Positions 29,052-39,601 are shown, numbered from the stretch's first letter. The stretch is 64,000 nt of DNA from Bacteriovoracaceae bacterium (GCA_965217035.1 OZ244226.1:248001-312000); one strand, 5' to 3'. Numbers and translations are program-made. Notes: generated from the letters alone by a model not told the origin.

Positions 29052-30125
29052 CTAATCTTGAATGGTTTGGGCCTGCCACTCAAGTGAGAAACTATGCAGT
29101 AACCGATAAATTCTCTCCGCTTCTTCAGCGTCAAAAGAATCTTTATTTGAACGATCTCGCCAAATTTGCAACATTTTATTGAATTGTTCTGGGTTATAGA
29201 AGCTAAGATTATGATTTTTCTTAAAACGTGAAATATCTTTAACAAGATATTTCCTCTTTCTAATCAAATCAAGGATGGTTTGATCAAGTTGCGCGAGGGT
29301 TTCACGAACGCTTAAAAGCTCTTCTTGCTCTTCTTCAGAAAGTATCTTGTCGTTAGGTGACTTCAAATCTCGGATCAAACTTTCAAATTGCTTGAAGCTT
29401 AATTGTTGTCCAGAATCTGAAAGTGCTTTCTCTGGTTCGGGATGAACTTCAATCATAAGACCATCAAATTTCAAATTAATCGCGAGTTGAGAAATCGTTG
29501 AGATAAAATCTCTTTTCCCTGCGATATGACTTGGGTCACAGTACATTTTTAAATGAGAGTACTCATTTTTGATCGCGAGCGGCAAATCCCATAAGGGAGA
29601 ATTCCGAAATCCACTTTGTGCGTAAGTTGCGAACCCACGATGAATGAAATGAACATTCCCTCTATGATTTGATTTTAAAAATCTCTCGAGAGTTCCCTTC
29701 CAAAGCTTTAAATCTGGAGCAAGTGGATTTTTGATGAAAACATCTAACTTTGATCCATCTAAGGCCTCACAGATTTCTTCAACTATAAAAGGGTTAGTCG
29801 TCGTTCGAGCACCAATCCAAATTCCTTGGAGTCCTTTTTCTGTCACAAGCTCTACTTGATCTGCTTTATAAACTTCAACCATTGCCTTTAGTTTGTACTC
29901 TTTAGAAGCTTGCTCAATCCAATCAACTGCCTCCTCACCTTTACCTTGAAAAAGCCCAGGTCCAGAACGAGGTTTCCAAAGACCAGCACGAAACCATTCA
30001 ACTCCTTGGTCCTTTAAAAATCGAGCGGTCGTATCAACCTGCTCTCTCGTTTCTGCACTACAAGGACCAGCAATCAGACTCATGTTGCTTAAGTTCGTTT
30101 CAATTGAAGAATTCGGAGTTATCAT
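29052..30125 (-). CDS. Bifunctional DAHP synthase (I-beta) / C-terminal chorismate mutase
   Basis: 'IAGPCSAE', 'RAGLWKPR', 'WIGARTTTNPF', 'HRGF', 'CDPSH..GKR', 'LMIEVHPEP.ALSD'; AroQ-like tail 'RETLAQLDQTILDLIRKR'. Start is 30125 or 30083. Confidence 0.9.
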   Translation of the reverse strand: MITPNSSIETNLSNMSLIAGPCSAETREQVDTTARFLKDQGVEWFRAGLWKPRSGPGLFQGKGEEAVDWIEQASKEYKLKAMVEVYKADQVELVTEKGLQGIWIGARTTTNPFIVEEICEALDGSKLDVFIKNPLAPDLKLWKGTLERFLKSNHRGNVHFIHRGFATYAQSGFRNSPLWDLPLAIKNEYSHLKMYCDPSHIAGKRDFISTISQLAINLKFDGLMIEVHPEPEKALSDSGQQLSFKQFESLIRDLKSPNDKILSEEEQEELLSVRETLAQLDQTILDLIRKRKYLVKDISRFKKNHNLSFYNPEQFNKMLQIWRDRSNKDSFDAEEAERIYRLLHSFSLEWQAQTIQD

Positions 30126-30131
30126 AAACAC

Positions 30132-30899
30132 ATGAATAATAAAGAAGCTGAATCCAGTCAATCAAAACCCCTCCAATTGGGCCTATTGGGATACCAGATT
30201 CAAAAATCAGCCTCTCCTCAAATTTATAAGTACTTGGGGAAGCTTTATAAAGTCGATTTGAGCTACAAAATTTATAATGTTCGAGTAAAAGATCTTGATG
30301 ATTTCCTCGATCTCGAATTCCCCAAACTGGATGGGATTAATATAACCACTCCCTATAAAAGAAAAGCGACTAGAAAGTTATTAAAGAAAGGATTTATTAA
30401 TGATTCCCCTCTCGAAAACTGTAATACCACTTTCCATTCACTTTTAAATACAGATCTCTATGCGATTCAAAAATTGATTCATGTCCTTCCTTGTAAAACT
30501 TTAATATACGGATCTGGAGATGTTGTTGAAACATTATTGTATCATTTAAAACAATTAAAATTTCAAGATATCTCAATCATGACTCGCTCGAAACCTAAAC
30601 AAGAATATCCAGATGTCGAATACCTTGAATGGAATAACTTTGAAGAACCTTTTCAATTTTTCATTAATGCAACCCCTTTAGGAACAGCTTCGAGTCCTTT
30701 ACCTATTCCTGAACAACGAGTCGCAGAACACACTTTTGATCTCAACTACTCTCAAGCACATAACCAGTTGAAGAATATGAGCCTTTCTCATACAGATGGA
30801 AAGAGCATGTTGATTTGGCAAGCCATTAAAAATTTCGAGATATGGACGAATATTCCAGTAGAGGAATCGGTTTTCGAGGAACTTTATGAAATCCTCTAA
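30132..30899 (+). CDS. aroE: Shikimate dehydrogenase (divergent)
   Basis: 'LLGYQIQKSASPQIY', 'GINITTPYK', 'NTD', 'INATPLG', 'DGKSMLIWQA..FEIW'. Confidence 0.85.
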   Translation: MNNKEAESSQSKPLQLGLLGYQIQKSASPQIYKYLGKLYKVDLSYKIYNVRVKDLDDFLDLEFPKLDGINITTPYKRKATRKLLKKGFINDSPLENCNTTFHSLLNTDLYAIQKLIHVLPCKTLIYGSGDVVETLLYHLKQLKFQDISIMTRSKPKQEYPDVEYLEWNNFEEPFQFFINATPLGTASSPLPIPEQRVAEHTFDLNYSQAHNQLKNMSLSHTDGKSMLIWQAIKNFEIWTNIPVEESVFEELYEIL

Positions 30900-31374
30900 A
30901 ACAATTTGTCTTTGTGGTTTTATGGGAGTTGGAAAAACAAAAATAGGCAGAAACTTCGCTCAAGCTGAAGGGCTGAGTTTTCTTGATTTAGATGAAGCAA
31001 TAGAAGAAAAATTTTCTTCCTCTATCTCTGAAATTTTTAAGAATAAGGGTGAACAAGAATTTAGAAAAATTGAAAAACGACAGTTAAAAAGATCTCTTGG
31101 ACAGTTTGATGTCATGGCCTTAGGAGGAGGAACTCTACTCGATTCAGACTCTCTCAAATTAGTGAAAAGTCATGCCCACCTGATCTATCTTTTCCTTCCT
31201 TTAAACTTATTAGCTGAAGAACTCGAGAATAGACCTTTACTTAATGCTGAAGATAAGGAAACCCTCTTTAAGCATCGTCAGCCCGCCTACTTAGAATCTC
31301 ATTTGACATTAGATCTAGAACAATTGGATGAAAAGCAGATTCATGCTAAGCTTAGAGCGTTTTTAGAGAGATAA
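30886..31374 (+). CDS. aroK: Shikimate kinase
   Basis: 'GFMGVGKT', 'DLD', 'GEQEFR..E', 'LGGG', 'RPLL'. Confidence 0.92.
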   Translation: MKSSKTICLCGFMGVGKTKIGRNFAQAEGLSFLDLDEAIEEKFSSSISEIFKNKGEQEFRKIEKRQLKRSLGQFDVMALGGGTLLDSDSLKLVKSHAHLIYLFLPLNLLAEELENRPLLNAEDKETLFKHRQPAYLESHLTLDLEQLDEKQIHAKLRAFLER

Positions 31375-31376
31375 AT

Positions 31377-32423
31377 ATGGGACAGAGCTTAGGAAATAAA
31401 TTTAAGATTACTTTTGCCGGTGAATCTCACGGACCTGGTTATACAGTCATTATTGAAGGATATCCTTCTAATAGAGTCATTGATTATGATCTTATTCAAA
31501 AAGAACTTGATCAACGCAAACCTGGTCAAAATCAATTTACGACTGAGCGTAAAGAAAATGATCATTTTCAAATTCTTTCTGGAGTTTTTGAAGGAAAATC
31601 AACAGGAGCTCCTTTAACCTTGTTTATTCCAAACAAAGATCAAAATTCTAAGGATTACTCTAAGATTAAAGACCTTGCAAGACCAGGCCATGCAGATAAA
31701 GTTCTTATAGATAAATATAATAATCGTGATTACAGAGGTGGGGGTTGGAGTAGTGCAAGAATGACCGCAACTTGGGTGGCCGCAGGTGCGTTAGCGCAAG
31801 AACTTCTTAAAGAGAAAGGGATTCAAATTTTTAGTTATACCCATGCAATAGGAGAAATTTCACAGCAACCCATCATCTATGAAGAGATTTCTAAAGCTAA
31901 ATGGGATCCTGAGCTCTACTCTCTCGCAAATTCTCGAACGGAACAGATGAAAGAATTAATTGAGAGAGTCAGATCAGAAGGAGATTCTATAGGTGGTCAA
32001 TGCCGTGTTATAGCGCTCGGAATACCTAAGAATTTGGGAGCCCCTTTTGCAGATTCCCTCAAATCTAAAATCGCACAATATTTTTTTTCAGGTCCCGCTA
32101 TTACAGCTTTAGAATTTGGTTCAGGAATCGAGGCGGCGAGAATGAAAGGGAGTGAACATAACGATTCTTATGAAAGAGATGGTTCATATAAAACAAATTA
32201 TCATGGTGGAATTCAAGCAGGAATTTCAACAGGCAATCCTCTTGATCTCATGATTACTTTGAAGGCCCCCTCTTCAATTTCTAAGGAACAAGAACTCCTT
32301 AATTATCAAACAGGAATATTAGAAAAATTTTCGATTAAAGGAAGGCACGATCCTTGTGTTGTTCCTCGTTATTGTGCTGTCGCAAAATCCTTACTTGCCC
32401 TTAGCCTCGCTGATAGTCTCTAG
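31377..32423 (+). CDS. aroC: Chorismate synthase
   Basis: 'GESHG', 'RKPGQ', 'RPGHAD', 'RGGGWSSAR', 'GRHDPC'. Confidence 0.95.
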   Translation: MGQSLGNKFKITFAGESHGPGYTVIIEGYPSNRVIDYDLIQKELDQRKPGQNQFTTERKENDHFQILSGVFEGKSTGAPLTLFIPNKDQNSKDYSKIKDLARPGHADKVLIDKYNNRDYRGGGWSSARMTATWVAAGALAQELLKEKGIQIFSYTHAIGEISQQPIIYEEISKAKWDPELYSLANSRTEQMKELIERVRSEGDSIGGQCRVIALGIPKNLGAPFADSLKSKIAQYFFSGPAITALEFGSGIEAARMKGSEHNDSYERDGSYKTNYHGGIQAGISTGNPLDLMITLKAPSSISKEQELLNYQTGILEKFSIKGRHDPCVVPRYCAVAKSLLALSLADSL

Positions 32424-34706
32424 TTTTACTTTTTTAATGAGTTTTGATTGATTATCAGAAGAAACTTTTTGAATATTGCCTGAGAAAACATAGATCATTG
32501 CCGGATCCTTTTCATCTCTCACATAACTTTTTATGACTTTACCTTCTTCATCAATTGTTTGAATGATCATTACAGAATCAGGCTCTGCCGCTCCTATCCC
32601 CATTACTTCCTGTTGTCTTCCATAGCTGTAGGAGAACTCTTCTCTTAGCTGTTTTAAACGTCCAAGGTCAACGTCTTTTTTTGATCTCTTAAAACCAGCA
32701 AGAATTCTACCTTTAAGTAATTTTTGAAGCTCAGGAGTATTATGCTTACCATACTCTGCTATAACCATCGCCCCCATCGAGAAGGCTTTTGCAACAGTTC
32801 TATTCTTTGATGTTGAGTAACCATATGAATTTCTATACCTCGGTCCTGTCTCTGAATGATCTTTCGCAAGTTGAACGAGTCCACCTTTATAAAGTTCGTC
32901 GTTATAAAGCTTAAAATCCTTAAGGGCCGCATTTTTAACCTGTTTCACTTCTCTCGTATTTCCTACTTGTTTTAATAAAGAATTCGAATAGAGAAGTTGG
33001 TGAAAATCTGTAAACATACTTATAATTTCTTCTTCAGGAAAAATTCTTTTATAAGAAAGTCCTCTCCAGATCACTTTATCGTAATACCATTGATCCATTT
33101 TTGCTTTCCATACATTTGCATTTGAAAAAGTATTTTTTCCAAAGATAGTTGAAAAATCTCTATCAACAAAATGTAAGTTTACTTCTTGAAGCCCTTCTTT
33201 TGAGTGAATATAATCAATTTTATTTTTCTTGAAGAAACTAGCATATTCACGTTCTAGCTCTTTAAGAGCACTTTGAGTATTATTTTCAAGTTTTTTGATA
33301 AAATCAGGTCCCTTTTCCTCTAAGTAATAATCATAGAAAATCAAGAATTGTCTGGCCTCAGTTTCAGCAAATCTTGAATTCTCTTTCACTTTTATAGAGT
33401 TAAACTTCTTTAAATTGATAGGAGCTTCGCGAGGAATATGTGGTAAAAATAATTCAGGAGAATCTCCAAAGTTTAAACCTAGTTCTAAACGACTATCAAA
33501 ATCACGATAAAGTTTTTCACTCGACTCAATCCCTTGAACGATCACCTCTTTCCAATCATCAAAAGGAGAATAGAGATCGAGATCTGTATCCGAAATCCGA
33601 CTTGGAAATATATCTTCTCGAATAAGGGCATAGTTGATAAGGAATTCTCTTGTTGTTCTTCCATTTCCATTTCTGAAAGGATGAATAGAAACGATATCTC
33701 GTTGAAGCTGGGTAATTAAATTAATATATTGGTCAAATTTTTCAGCAGTATTAATGGAGCCTATTTGATCTCTTTCTCTCACAAACCAGTTGAGTCGTTC
33801 TTCTGTTAAAGCATTGACTAACCGTCTAGTTAAAACAGAACGACTTCCTGTTTTATTTTTCTTAAATTCAATAATTTCATCATGAAGTTTTTTATCAATC
33901 GTTTTGAGTTCTGTTAATAACTCATCTTTAATATTCCCAACAGATGGATAGACTATTTCACCTTTGTATTGTTTTCCTTTTCCTGCGATTTCATTAACAG
34001 ATTTAACCTTAAAATCAAGATACTTACTTTGAGTTATGTTCTTGTATTCAATATCTGAAATCGGTTTTCGATAAACATTTCCGATAAGAGAAACCTCTCT
34101 AAATTCACCTAGCTGTTGTGCAGTAATATATTCAATACCGCCTTTCATCATCAGTTCATGAGTTTTTTTAAAGCTTTCCAAAGAAAAGTTCGGCTTGTTT
34201 TTAATAAGCCAATTTCGAGTGTTTAAGAAGTTCTCTAAAGCCTTTTCTTTATATTGAGGAGGGTTATATTCTCCATATTTTTCAAGTGCATGGAGAAGTT
34301 CCTCATAACCTTTTACATTTTTCTTTCGATTAAAAAAGAAAAGAAACTTTTTACCCGAATTAACTCTACTTGGCCCTCCTATATTATATCGGAATGGAAA
34401 GGTCGCATCTTTTAATAGAAGTTCACCTCGACGGATTTGATCAAGCTCACTAACAGCATGGTCGAAATCAATATAATGAAAACTTTCAATTGCATTTACT
34501 AAAGAGAATCGATCCTCATCTTCTAGCTTTTTTAAATTTCGAAATAAGGCTTCTCTTCGTTCTGAAAAACCTAAATCTAAACGATGAAAAATTCCTCTTG
34601 TATATTGAGCACAATCAGAAGAAAGACCACGATATGAAAAATTGAGCTTTGATGCCGTAGAGCAAGAAATAAATACTGCAAGCAATAATAACTTAAACTT
34701 TTCCAA
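32391..34706 (-). CDS. Lipoprotein with a Fic domain and a C-terminal R-S-QxE ART domain
   Basis: SD GAGGAG and TTG at 34706 give MEKFKLLLLAVFISC (lipobox-like). Fic motif HPFRNGNGRTTR. ART motifs 'IWRGLS', 'YSTSK', 'QQEVMGIG'. Confidence 0.82.
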   Translation of the reverse strand: MEKFKLLLLAVFISCSTASKLNFSYRGLSSDCAQYTRGIFHRLDLGFSERREALFRNLKKLEDEDRFSLVNAIESFHYIDFDHAVSELDQIRRGELLLKDATFPFRYNIGGPSRVNSGKKFLFFFNRKKNVKGYEELLHALEKYGEYNPPQYKEKALENFLNTRNWLIKNKPNFSLESFKKTHELMMKGGIEYITAQQLGEFREVSLIGNVYRKPISDIEYKNITQSKYLDFKVKSVNEIAGKGKQYKGEIVYPSVGNIKDELLTELKTIDKKLHDEIIEFKKNKTGSRSVLTRRLVNALTEERLNWFVRERDQIGSINTAEKFDQYINLITQLQRDIVSIHPFRNGNGRTTREFLINYALIREDIFPSRISDTDLDLYSPFDDWKEVIVQGIESSEKLYRDFDSRLELGLNFGDSPELFLPHIPREAPINLKKFNSIKVKENSRFAETEARQFLIFYDYYLEEKGPDFIKKLENNTQSALKELEREYASFFKKNKIDYIHSKEGLQEVNLHFVDRDFSTIFGKNTFSNANVWKAKMDQWYYDKVIWRGLSYKRIFPEEEIISMFTDFHQLLYSNSLLKQVGNTREVKQVKNAALKDFKLYNDELYKGGLVQLAKDHSETGPRYRNSYGYSTSKNRTVAKAFSMGAMVIAEYGKHNTPELQKLLKGRILAGFKRSKKDVDLGRLKQLREEFSYSYGRQQEVMGIGAAEPDSVMIIQTIDEEGKVIKSYVRDEKDPAMIYVFSGNIQKVSSDNQSKLIKKVKLETISEAKGK

Positions 34707-34726
34707 ACTACTCCTCATCTCATTAA

Positions 34727-36244
34727 TCAAGATTCTGTTTTAAAATCTTTACCATCAAATTTAAAAATAACTTCTTTATCATCATACTTAGTTGTTAAAT
34801 TCACAGGTCTTTTCCATAACATGAAGAGATTTCTCATTGTCTCTTGAGCAAACTGTGCATCCAAATCAATCCCATCATGTTTATGCTGAATAAGGAGTTC
34901 AGCACGATTTTCATAATTAGCGTCAATGACTTCAATTACAGGAGAACCAAAATTAGTAAGTTGAGTGAGAAGTTTTTGCTTAATTGCTTCAAAGTCTCTC
35001 GTATCTATTTCAAATTGTTCTGTTCTTGGATTGTATTTATAAGTAAAAATCTGCTGGCGTTGACAAAATTCCTGAGTTAAAAATTCATCAATAAAGGAAA
35101 TATCATTATGAGTTTTTCTAACCTGGAAAATTTTCTCCCGACCTTTTCCTGTTTTGAGATCCCAGTTAAGTTTTTCATTCATATTAGTGCATTCATTATA
35201 ATCTTTACCAAAACGTCCAGTATCCCATCGATATTCAATATCACGCATAAGCTCGATACCGACTTTATAAGGATTAATTTGTTGTTGGCTCATGACCATA
35301 ACACCTGCATGTTTGTCAGCGAAATCGATAACCTCGGAAGCATCAAGTGCGTTCTTTGTCATAATGGTTGAATGCCAATAACTTGCCCAACCTTCGTTCA
35401 TAATCTTTGTCATTCCTTGTGGCAAGAAATAATAAGCTTCATCCCGGAGGATTCCAATAATATCAACTTGCCATTCTTCTAAAGGTGCATACTCCATCAA
35501 GAAGAGAAGGATATCACGTTCAGGTTTTTCAGGAATATGCTGTGGAATTTCAAGAACATCTTCATTATCAATCAACTCATTAGACTGTTTTTTCTTAGCA
35601 GCCCTTGCCTTAGATCTCAAAAAGGACTTTAATGAATCACTTCTTTGATCTTGTGATTCAAATTCGATGCTATTTTCATAAGCATATTGTTTATCGACAG
35701 AGGCTCTTCTTCTTTTTAACTCTTCGGTCTCGAAAAGATTATTCATGTCTAACAAATTTTCTAATGAGAGAACACAATCAATAAATCTCTCGACTCTAGA
35801 CTCTCCATACTTTGCAATATAGCGACGAATCTTAGCCCCATGGTTTGCCATCACATCCATCATTTTCCGGTTTGTATTTGAAAACCAAGCATTGTTTTTA
35901 AAGAAATCGTTATGCCCATAAACATGGGCCATCACAATTTTTTGATCGACCCAATTGTTTACATCGAGAAGATACGCATAACAAGGATCTGTATTAATGA
36001 CCATTTCATAAATTTTCTGTAATCCAAATCGATAACCTTTCGACATTTGATCAAAGGCCATTCCAAATTTCCAATGGGGATAACGGGAAGGAAAGCCTCC
36101 TTGAGAGGCGAGGATATTAATGGTTTCGTAATCACACATTTCAAAGACTTGATCGAAGTAGTCAAGACCATAATTATCAGCATAACCTTGAATTTCTTTT
36201 TGAAGGTCTCTTAATGCCTGATTAATGGGTTTACTTCTTAACAT
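34727..36244 (-). CDS. spoVR: SpoVR/YcgB family protein
   Basis: 'RYPHWKFG', 'IYEMVINTDPCYAYL', 'AHVYGHNDFFKNN', 'TKIMNEGWASYWH', 'NPYK.G'. Confidence 0.95.
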   Translation of the reverse strand: MLRSKPINQALRDLQKEIQGYADNYGLDYFDQVFEMCDYETINILASQGGFPSRYPHWKFGMAFDQMSKGYRFGLQKIYEMVINTDPCYAYLLDVNNWVDQKIVMAHVYGHNDFFKNNAWFSNTNRKMMDVMANHGAKIRRYIAKYGESRVERFIDCVLSLENLLDMNNLFETEELKRRRASVDKQYAYENSIEFESQDQRSDSLKSFLRSKARAAKKKQSNELIDNEDVLEIPQHIPEKPERDILLFLMEYAPLEEWQVDIIGILRDEAYYFLPQGMTKIMNEGWASYWHSTIMTKNALDASEVIDFADKHAGVMVMSQQQINPYKVGIELMRDIEYRWDTGRFGKDYNECTNMNEKLNWDLKTGKGREKIFQVRKTHNDISFIDEFLTQEFCQRQQIFTYKYNPRTEQFEIDTRDFEAIKQKLLTQLTNFGSPVIEVIDANYENRAELLIQHKHDGIDLDAQFAQETMRNLFMLWKRPVNLTTKYDDKEVIFKFDGKDFKTES

Positions 36245-37359
36245 TAGTTCCCTTTCCCTAAAAACTCTTTAATTGAATCTAAGATTGCATCTCGATTTTT
36301 GATTTTACTTAAAACAACTTCTTCACTTTTCTTTCCGTATGCTTGAGCAAGGTCTTTATAGAACTGTCCTGATCCATACCGACTCTCGACTTGACCATAA
36401 CCAAACATATTAGAAGCAGGAAGAATAGAGTCATTAAGAAGGTCGAGACAAAGTTTTGTATCATCACTAGACCAATTATCACCATCACTAAAATGGAAAG
36501 GATAGATATTCCATTCTTCAGGATTATAATCTGAATCAATAATTTCTTTACATAATTTATAAGCTGATGAAATTAATGTTCCACCACTTTCACGTGTCTT
36601 AAAGAATGTCTCCTCATCAACTTCTTTGGCAGTGGCATCGTGAATAATATAACGAATCTCAATATCTTTATACTGACTTTTTAACCAAAGATTTATCCAA
36701 AAACTTTCAGTTCGAACAATCTCTTTTTGCTCATCACCCATCGAACCAGAAACATCCATCATATAAATTACAACAGCACTATTCTCTTGTTCTATTTTTG
36801 TTTTGCTTGATCGGAATCGATAGTCTCTTCTGGTTGGAATAACTTTTGGATTATCTGGGTTGTATTGACCTGTTGCAATTTGCCTCTTGATTGATTCTTT
36901 AAAAGTTCTTTTACCGTGCTTTAACGAATCAGGACCTGTCGTTCCGATACTTGTATAACGATTCACAAAAGAATCAATCGACTTTTTTCCCTTAGGCTGA
37001 ATATTCGGAAGCTCTAATTCTTCTCCAAGAATACTGGCAAGTTCTTCAAGATTTACTTCAACCTCGAGTTCTTTACTTCCTTCTTCTTGTCCCGCTTCAC
37101 CTTGTCCTGGTTCTCCCTGACCTGGTTGTCCCTGAACGGGATCACCAGGTTGACCATCACCTTGCCCTGTTCCTCCTTGCGATTTATCTCCAAACTTGAA
37201 GCGAGGAATTTCAATAGAAGGCATTGGAATGGTGAATCTATTTCGTCCTTTTGGAAGAATTTGCTGACCTTGAGAAACAAATCGACGTAAATTCTTTCGA
37301 ATCTTGCCCTTTATGATCTTTCGAAATCTTGAATGGTCACGTTTTATTGGATGATCCAA
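36244..37359 (-). CDS. yeaH: YeaH/YhbH (DUF444) vWA-like protein
   Basis: G/Q-rich linker; 'MMDVSGSMG', 'ESGGT', 'HFSDGDNW'. Confidence 0.93.
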   Translation of the reverse strand: MDHPIKRDHSRFRKIIKGKIRKNLRRFVSQGQQILPKGRNRFTIPMPSIEIPRFKFGDKSQGGTGQGDGQPGDPVQGQPGQGEPGQGEAGQEEGSKELEVEVNLEELASILGEELELPNIQPKGKKSIDSFVNRYTSIGTTGPDSLKHGKRTFKESIKRQIATGQYNPDNPKVIPTRRDYRFRSSKTKIEQENSAVVIYMMDVSGSMGDEQKEIVRTESFWINLWLKSQYKDIEIRYIIHDATAKEVDEETFFKTRESGGTLISSAYKLCKEIIDSDYNPEEWNIYPFHFSDGDNWSSDDTKLCLDLLNDSILPASNMFGYGQVESRYGSGQFYKDLAQAYGKKSEEVVLSKIKNRDAILDSIKEFLGKGN

Positions 37360-37368
37360 TGGCGTTCC

Positions 37369-39426
37369 TTAGTTTTTTTGAGCGACAGTATCACCCTTAG
37401 CAAAAATACTTGCAACATAATTGAGTGCATCTGTGGCCGAAATTTCACAATAACCAAAATTCTTAATAAGCCTACTTTTAACAACATCAATCTTTTCTTG
37501 TGTCTGCTTATCAACAACATTAGAAATAATCGTCGTAAGTTTAATTGTATCTTTTTGATCTTCAAAAAGTTTCAATTCTAAAGCTCGGTGAAGTCTTTCG
37601 TTTGTTTTATAATCAAATTGCTTACCTTCAATCGCAAGAGCACCAATATAATTCATAATCTCTCTTCGGAAATCGTCCTTTCTCGACTCGGCAATATCAA
37701 TCTTTTCTTCAATTGATCGCATGAATCTCTCATCAGCTTCTTCAAGCTTATTCGAGTACTTGTTTCGGATTTTCTCTTTCTGAGTATATGCCTTAACATT
37801 ATCAATATAATTAGCGCAAAGAGTTTGAATCGCAGACTCATCAACACTGATGGCCTTCATAACATCGTTCTTAATAATGTCTTCGTATTCCTGACGACAG
37901 ATCGCGAGGAGTTCTCTATAATGGTCAAGTTTATCAGGAGAATTAATGAGCGAATGTCCTTTCAGTCCAGATTCAAGTTCATTAAAAACCATAAATGGAC
38001 TCAGACTTCCAATATGCGAGTTTTTCACAAGAGCATTAGAAATTTTATCCTGAATATAACGGGGAGAAATTCCTTCAAGTCCTTCTCGAACAGCCTCTTT
38101 TCTAAGCTCTTTAACATTATCTTCATTATAACCTGGAAGAGTTTTTCCATTATAAAGTTTTAATTTTTGCATCAGAGTAAGATCCGCTTTCTTAGGCTCC
38201 TCAAGTCTCGTTAGAATCGCCCATGTCGCAGCCATCTCAATCGTATGGGGAGCAATGTGAACAGGAAGAGTCTCAGAATTAAAATCTTTCTGATAAATTC
38301 TGATTTCTTGATCAAGTCTCGTAATATAAGGGACATCGATCTTTACCGTTCTATCTCTCAGAGCCTCCATAAACTCATTATTTTGAAGCTTCTTATACTC
38401 TGGTTCATTAGTATGGCCAAGAATCACTTCATCAATACTTGTTTGAGCAAACTTTTTAGGCTTCACTGATTGTTCCTGAGAAGCTCCAAGAAGATCGTAA
38501 AGGAAAGCAACATCAAGTTTTAACATCTCAATGAATTCGACAATACCTCTATTTGCAATATTAAATTCACCATCAAAGTTGAAAGCTCTTGGATCAGAAT
38601 CCGATCCATACTGCGCAATTTTTCGATAATTAATATCACCTGTTAATTCTGTAGAGTCTTGGTTCTTTTCATCTTTTGGCTGGAAAGTTCCAATCCCTAC
38701 TCTATCTTTCTCACTCAGTACAAGTCTTTTAATTCGAATATGCTCAATGACCTTGGTCCAATCACCATCGTACTTCAGCATGTATTGTTCAAAAATGAAA
38801 CGACAAGCTGGATTCACATCTCCTTTCACATTAATCTTAAAACCATCGGCTCTATCATTAATTTCTTCAAGAAGTTTTGAACGCGCTTCAAGAGGGATAA
38901 GTTTTATCGGCTCTTCGTGCATCGGACATGGAAAAACTTTAGCTCCTCCTAAAATATCTGATTCATGATCATCAAACCACTCGTATGTATAAAGCATTCC
39001 TTCATCTGTTTTTGAGTAATGCTCAATCCCTTTCTTTAAAAGTCTTGCGATGGAAGACTTAGCAGAACCAACAGGTCCGTGGAGGAGGAGAACCCGCTTT
39101 TCCGTTCCGTAACCAGCCGCTGCTGACTTGAAAAAGTTCACAAGTTTCATTAAGTGAACATCGATACCAAAAATTGCATCCTTACCGTCTTCGATCGGAT
39201 CATCAAAGAAATGATAACGAGTAATTTCTTTCTTATACTCAGTATACTTAGAAGTACCAAAGGACATGATCATATCGTGGACTCTCTGAAAAGCATTCCG
39301 AGAAACCTGCGGATTTTTCATGACGATATCGATATAATCTTGAAAGTTTCCGGTCCAATGTAAGTGCGAAAAATCCTCTGCACTAAAATGATCTGAGACG
39401 AAATTTTTGATATTAATATTACTCAT
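37369..39426 (-). CDS. prkA: PrkA/YeaG AAA+ serine kinase
   Basis: '[10 protein letters not shown]', 'CPMHEEP', '[13 protein letters not shown]', 'HTNEPEY'. RBS GGAGG before ATG 39426. Confidence 0.95.
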   Translation of the reverse strand: MSNINIKNFVSDHFSAEDFSHLHWTGNFQDYIDIVMKNPQVSRNAFQRVHDMIMSFGTSKYTEYKKEITRYHFFDDPIEDGKDAIFGIDVHLMKLVNFFKSAAAGYGTEKRVLLLHGPVGSAKSSIARLLKKGIEHYSKTDEGMLYTYEWFDDHESDILGGAKVFPCPMHEEPIKLIPLEARSKLLEEINDRADGFKINVKGDVNPACRFIFEQYMLKYDGDWTKVIEHIRIKRLVLSEKDRVGIGTFQPKDEKNQDSTELTGDINYRKIAQYGSDSDPRAFNFDGEFNIANRGIVEFIEMLKLDVAFLYDLLGASQEQSVKPKKFAQTSIDEVILGHTNEPEYKKLQNNEFMEALRDRTVKIDVPYITRLDQEIRIYQKDFNSETLPVHIAPHTIEMAATWAILTRLEEPKKADLTLMQKLKLYNGKTLPGYNEDNVKELRKEAVREGLEGISPRYIQDKISNALVKNSHIGSLSPFMVFNELESGLKGHSLINSPDKLDHYRELLAICRQEYEDIIKNDVMKAISVDESAIQTLCANYIDNVKAYTQKEKIRNKYSNKLEEADERFMRSIEEKIDIAESRKDDFRREIMNYIGALAIEGKQFDYKTNERLHRALELKLFEDQKDTIKLTTIISNVVDKQTQEKIDVVKSRLIKNFGYCEISATDALNYVASIFAKGDTVAQKN

Positions 39427-39601
39427 GAATCCTCCATTATTCCGAGCGGTTGGGCCAATAGACCCCTTCTCTTTATAATAAACAATTCCACAGAGACTTA
39501 CCACAAGGCATTTCTTTCTGACCTTTTCAGACGGTTATTATTTTGAACATCACTTTGAGATTTGTATTATAATAAAATCAAAGCTCAGGAGTAGTGTCAT
39601 T

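Noticed and set aside
32541..32560. TIDEEG as a Fic inhibitory (S/T)xxxE(G/N) motif
   Set aside because: It falls in a likely beta-hairpin right after the ART catalytic strand rather than in a helix; a six-residue match is expected by chance.
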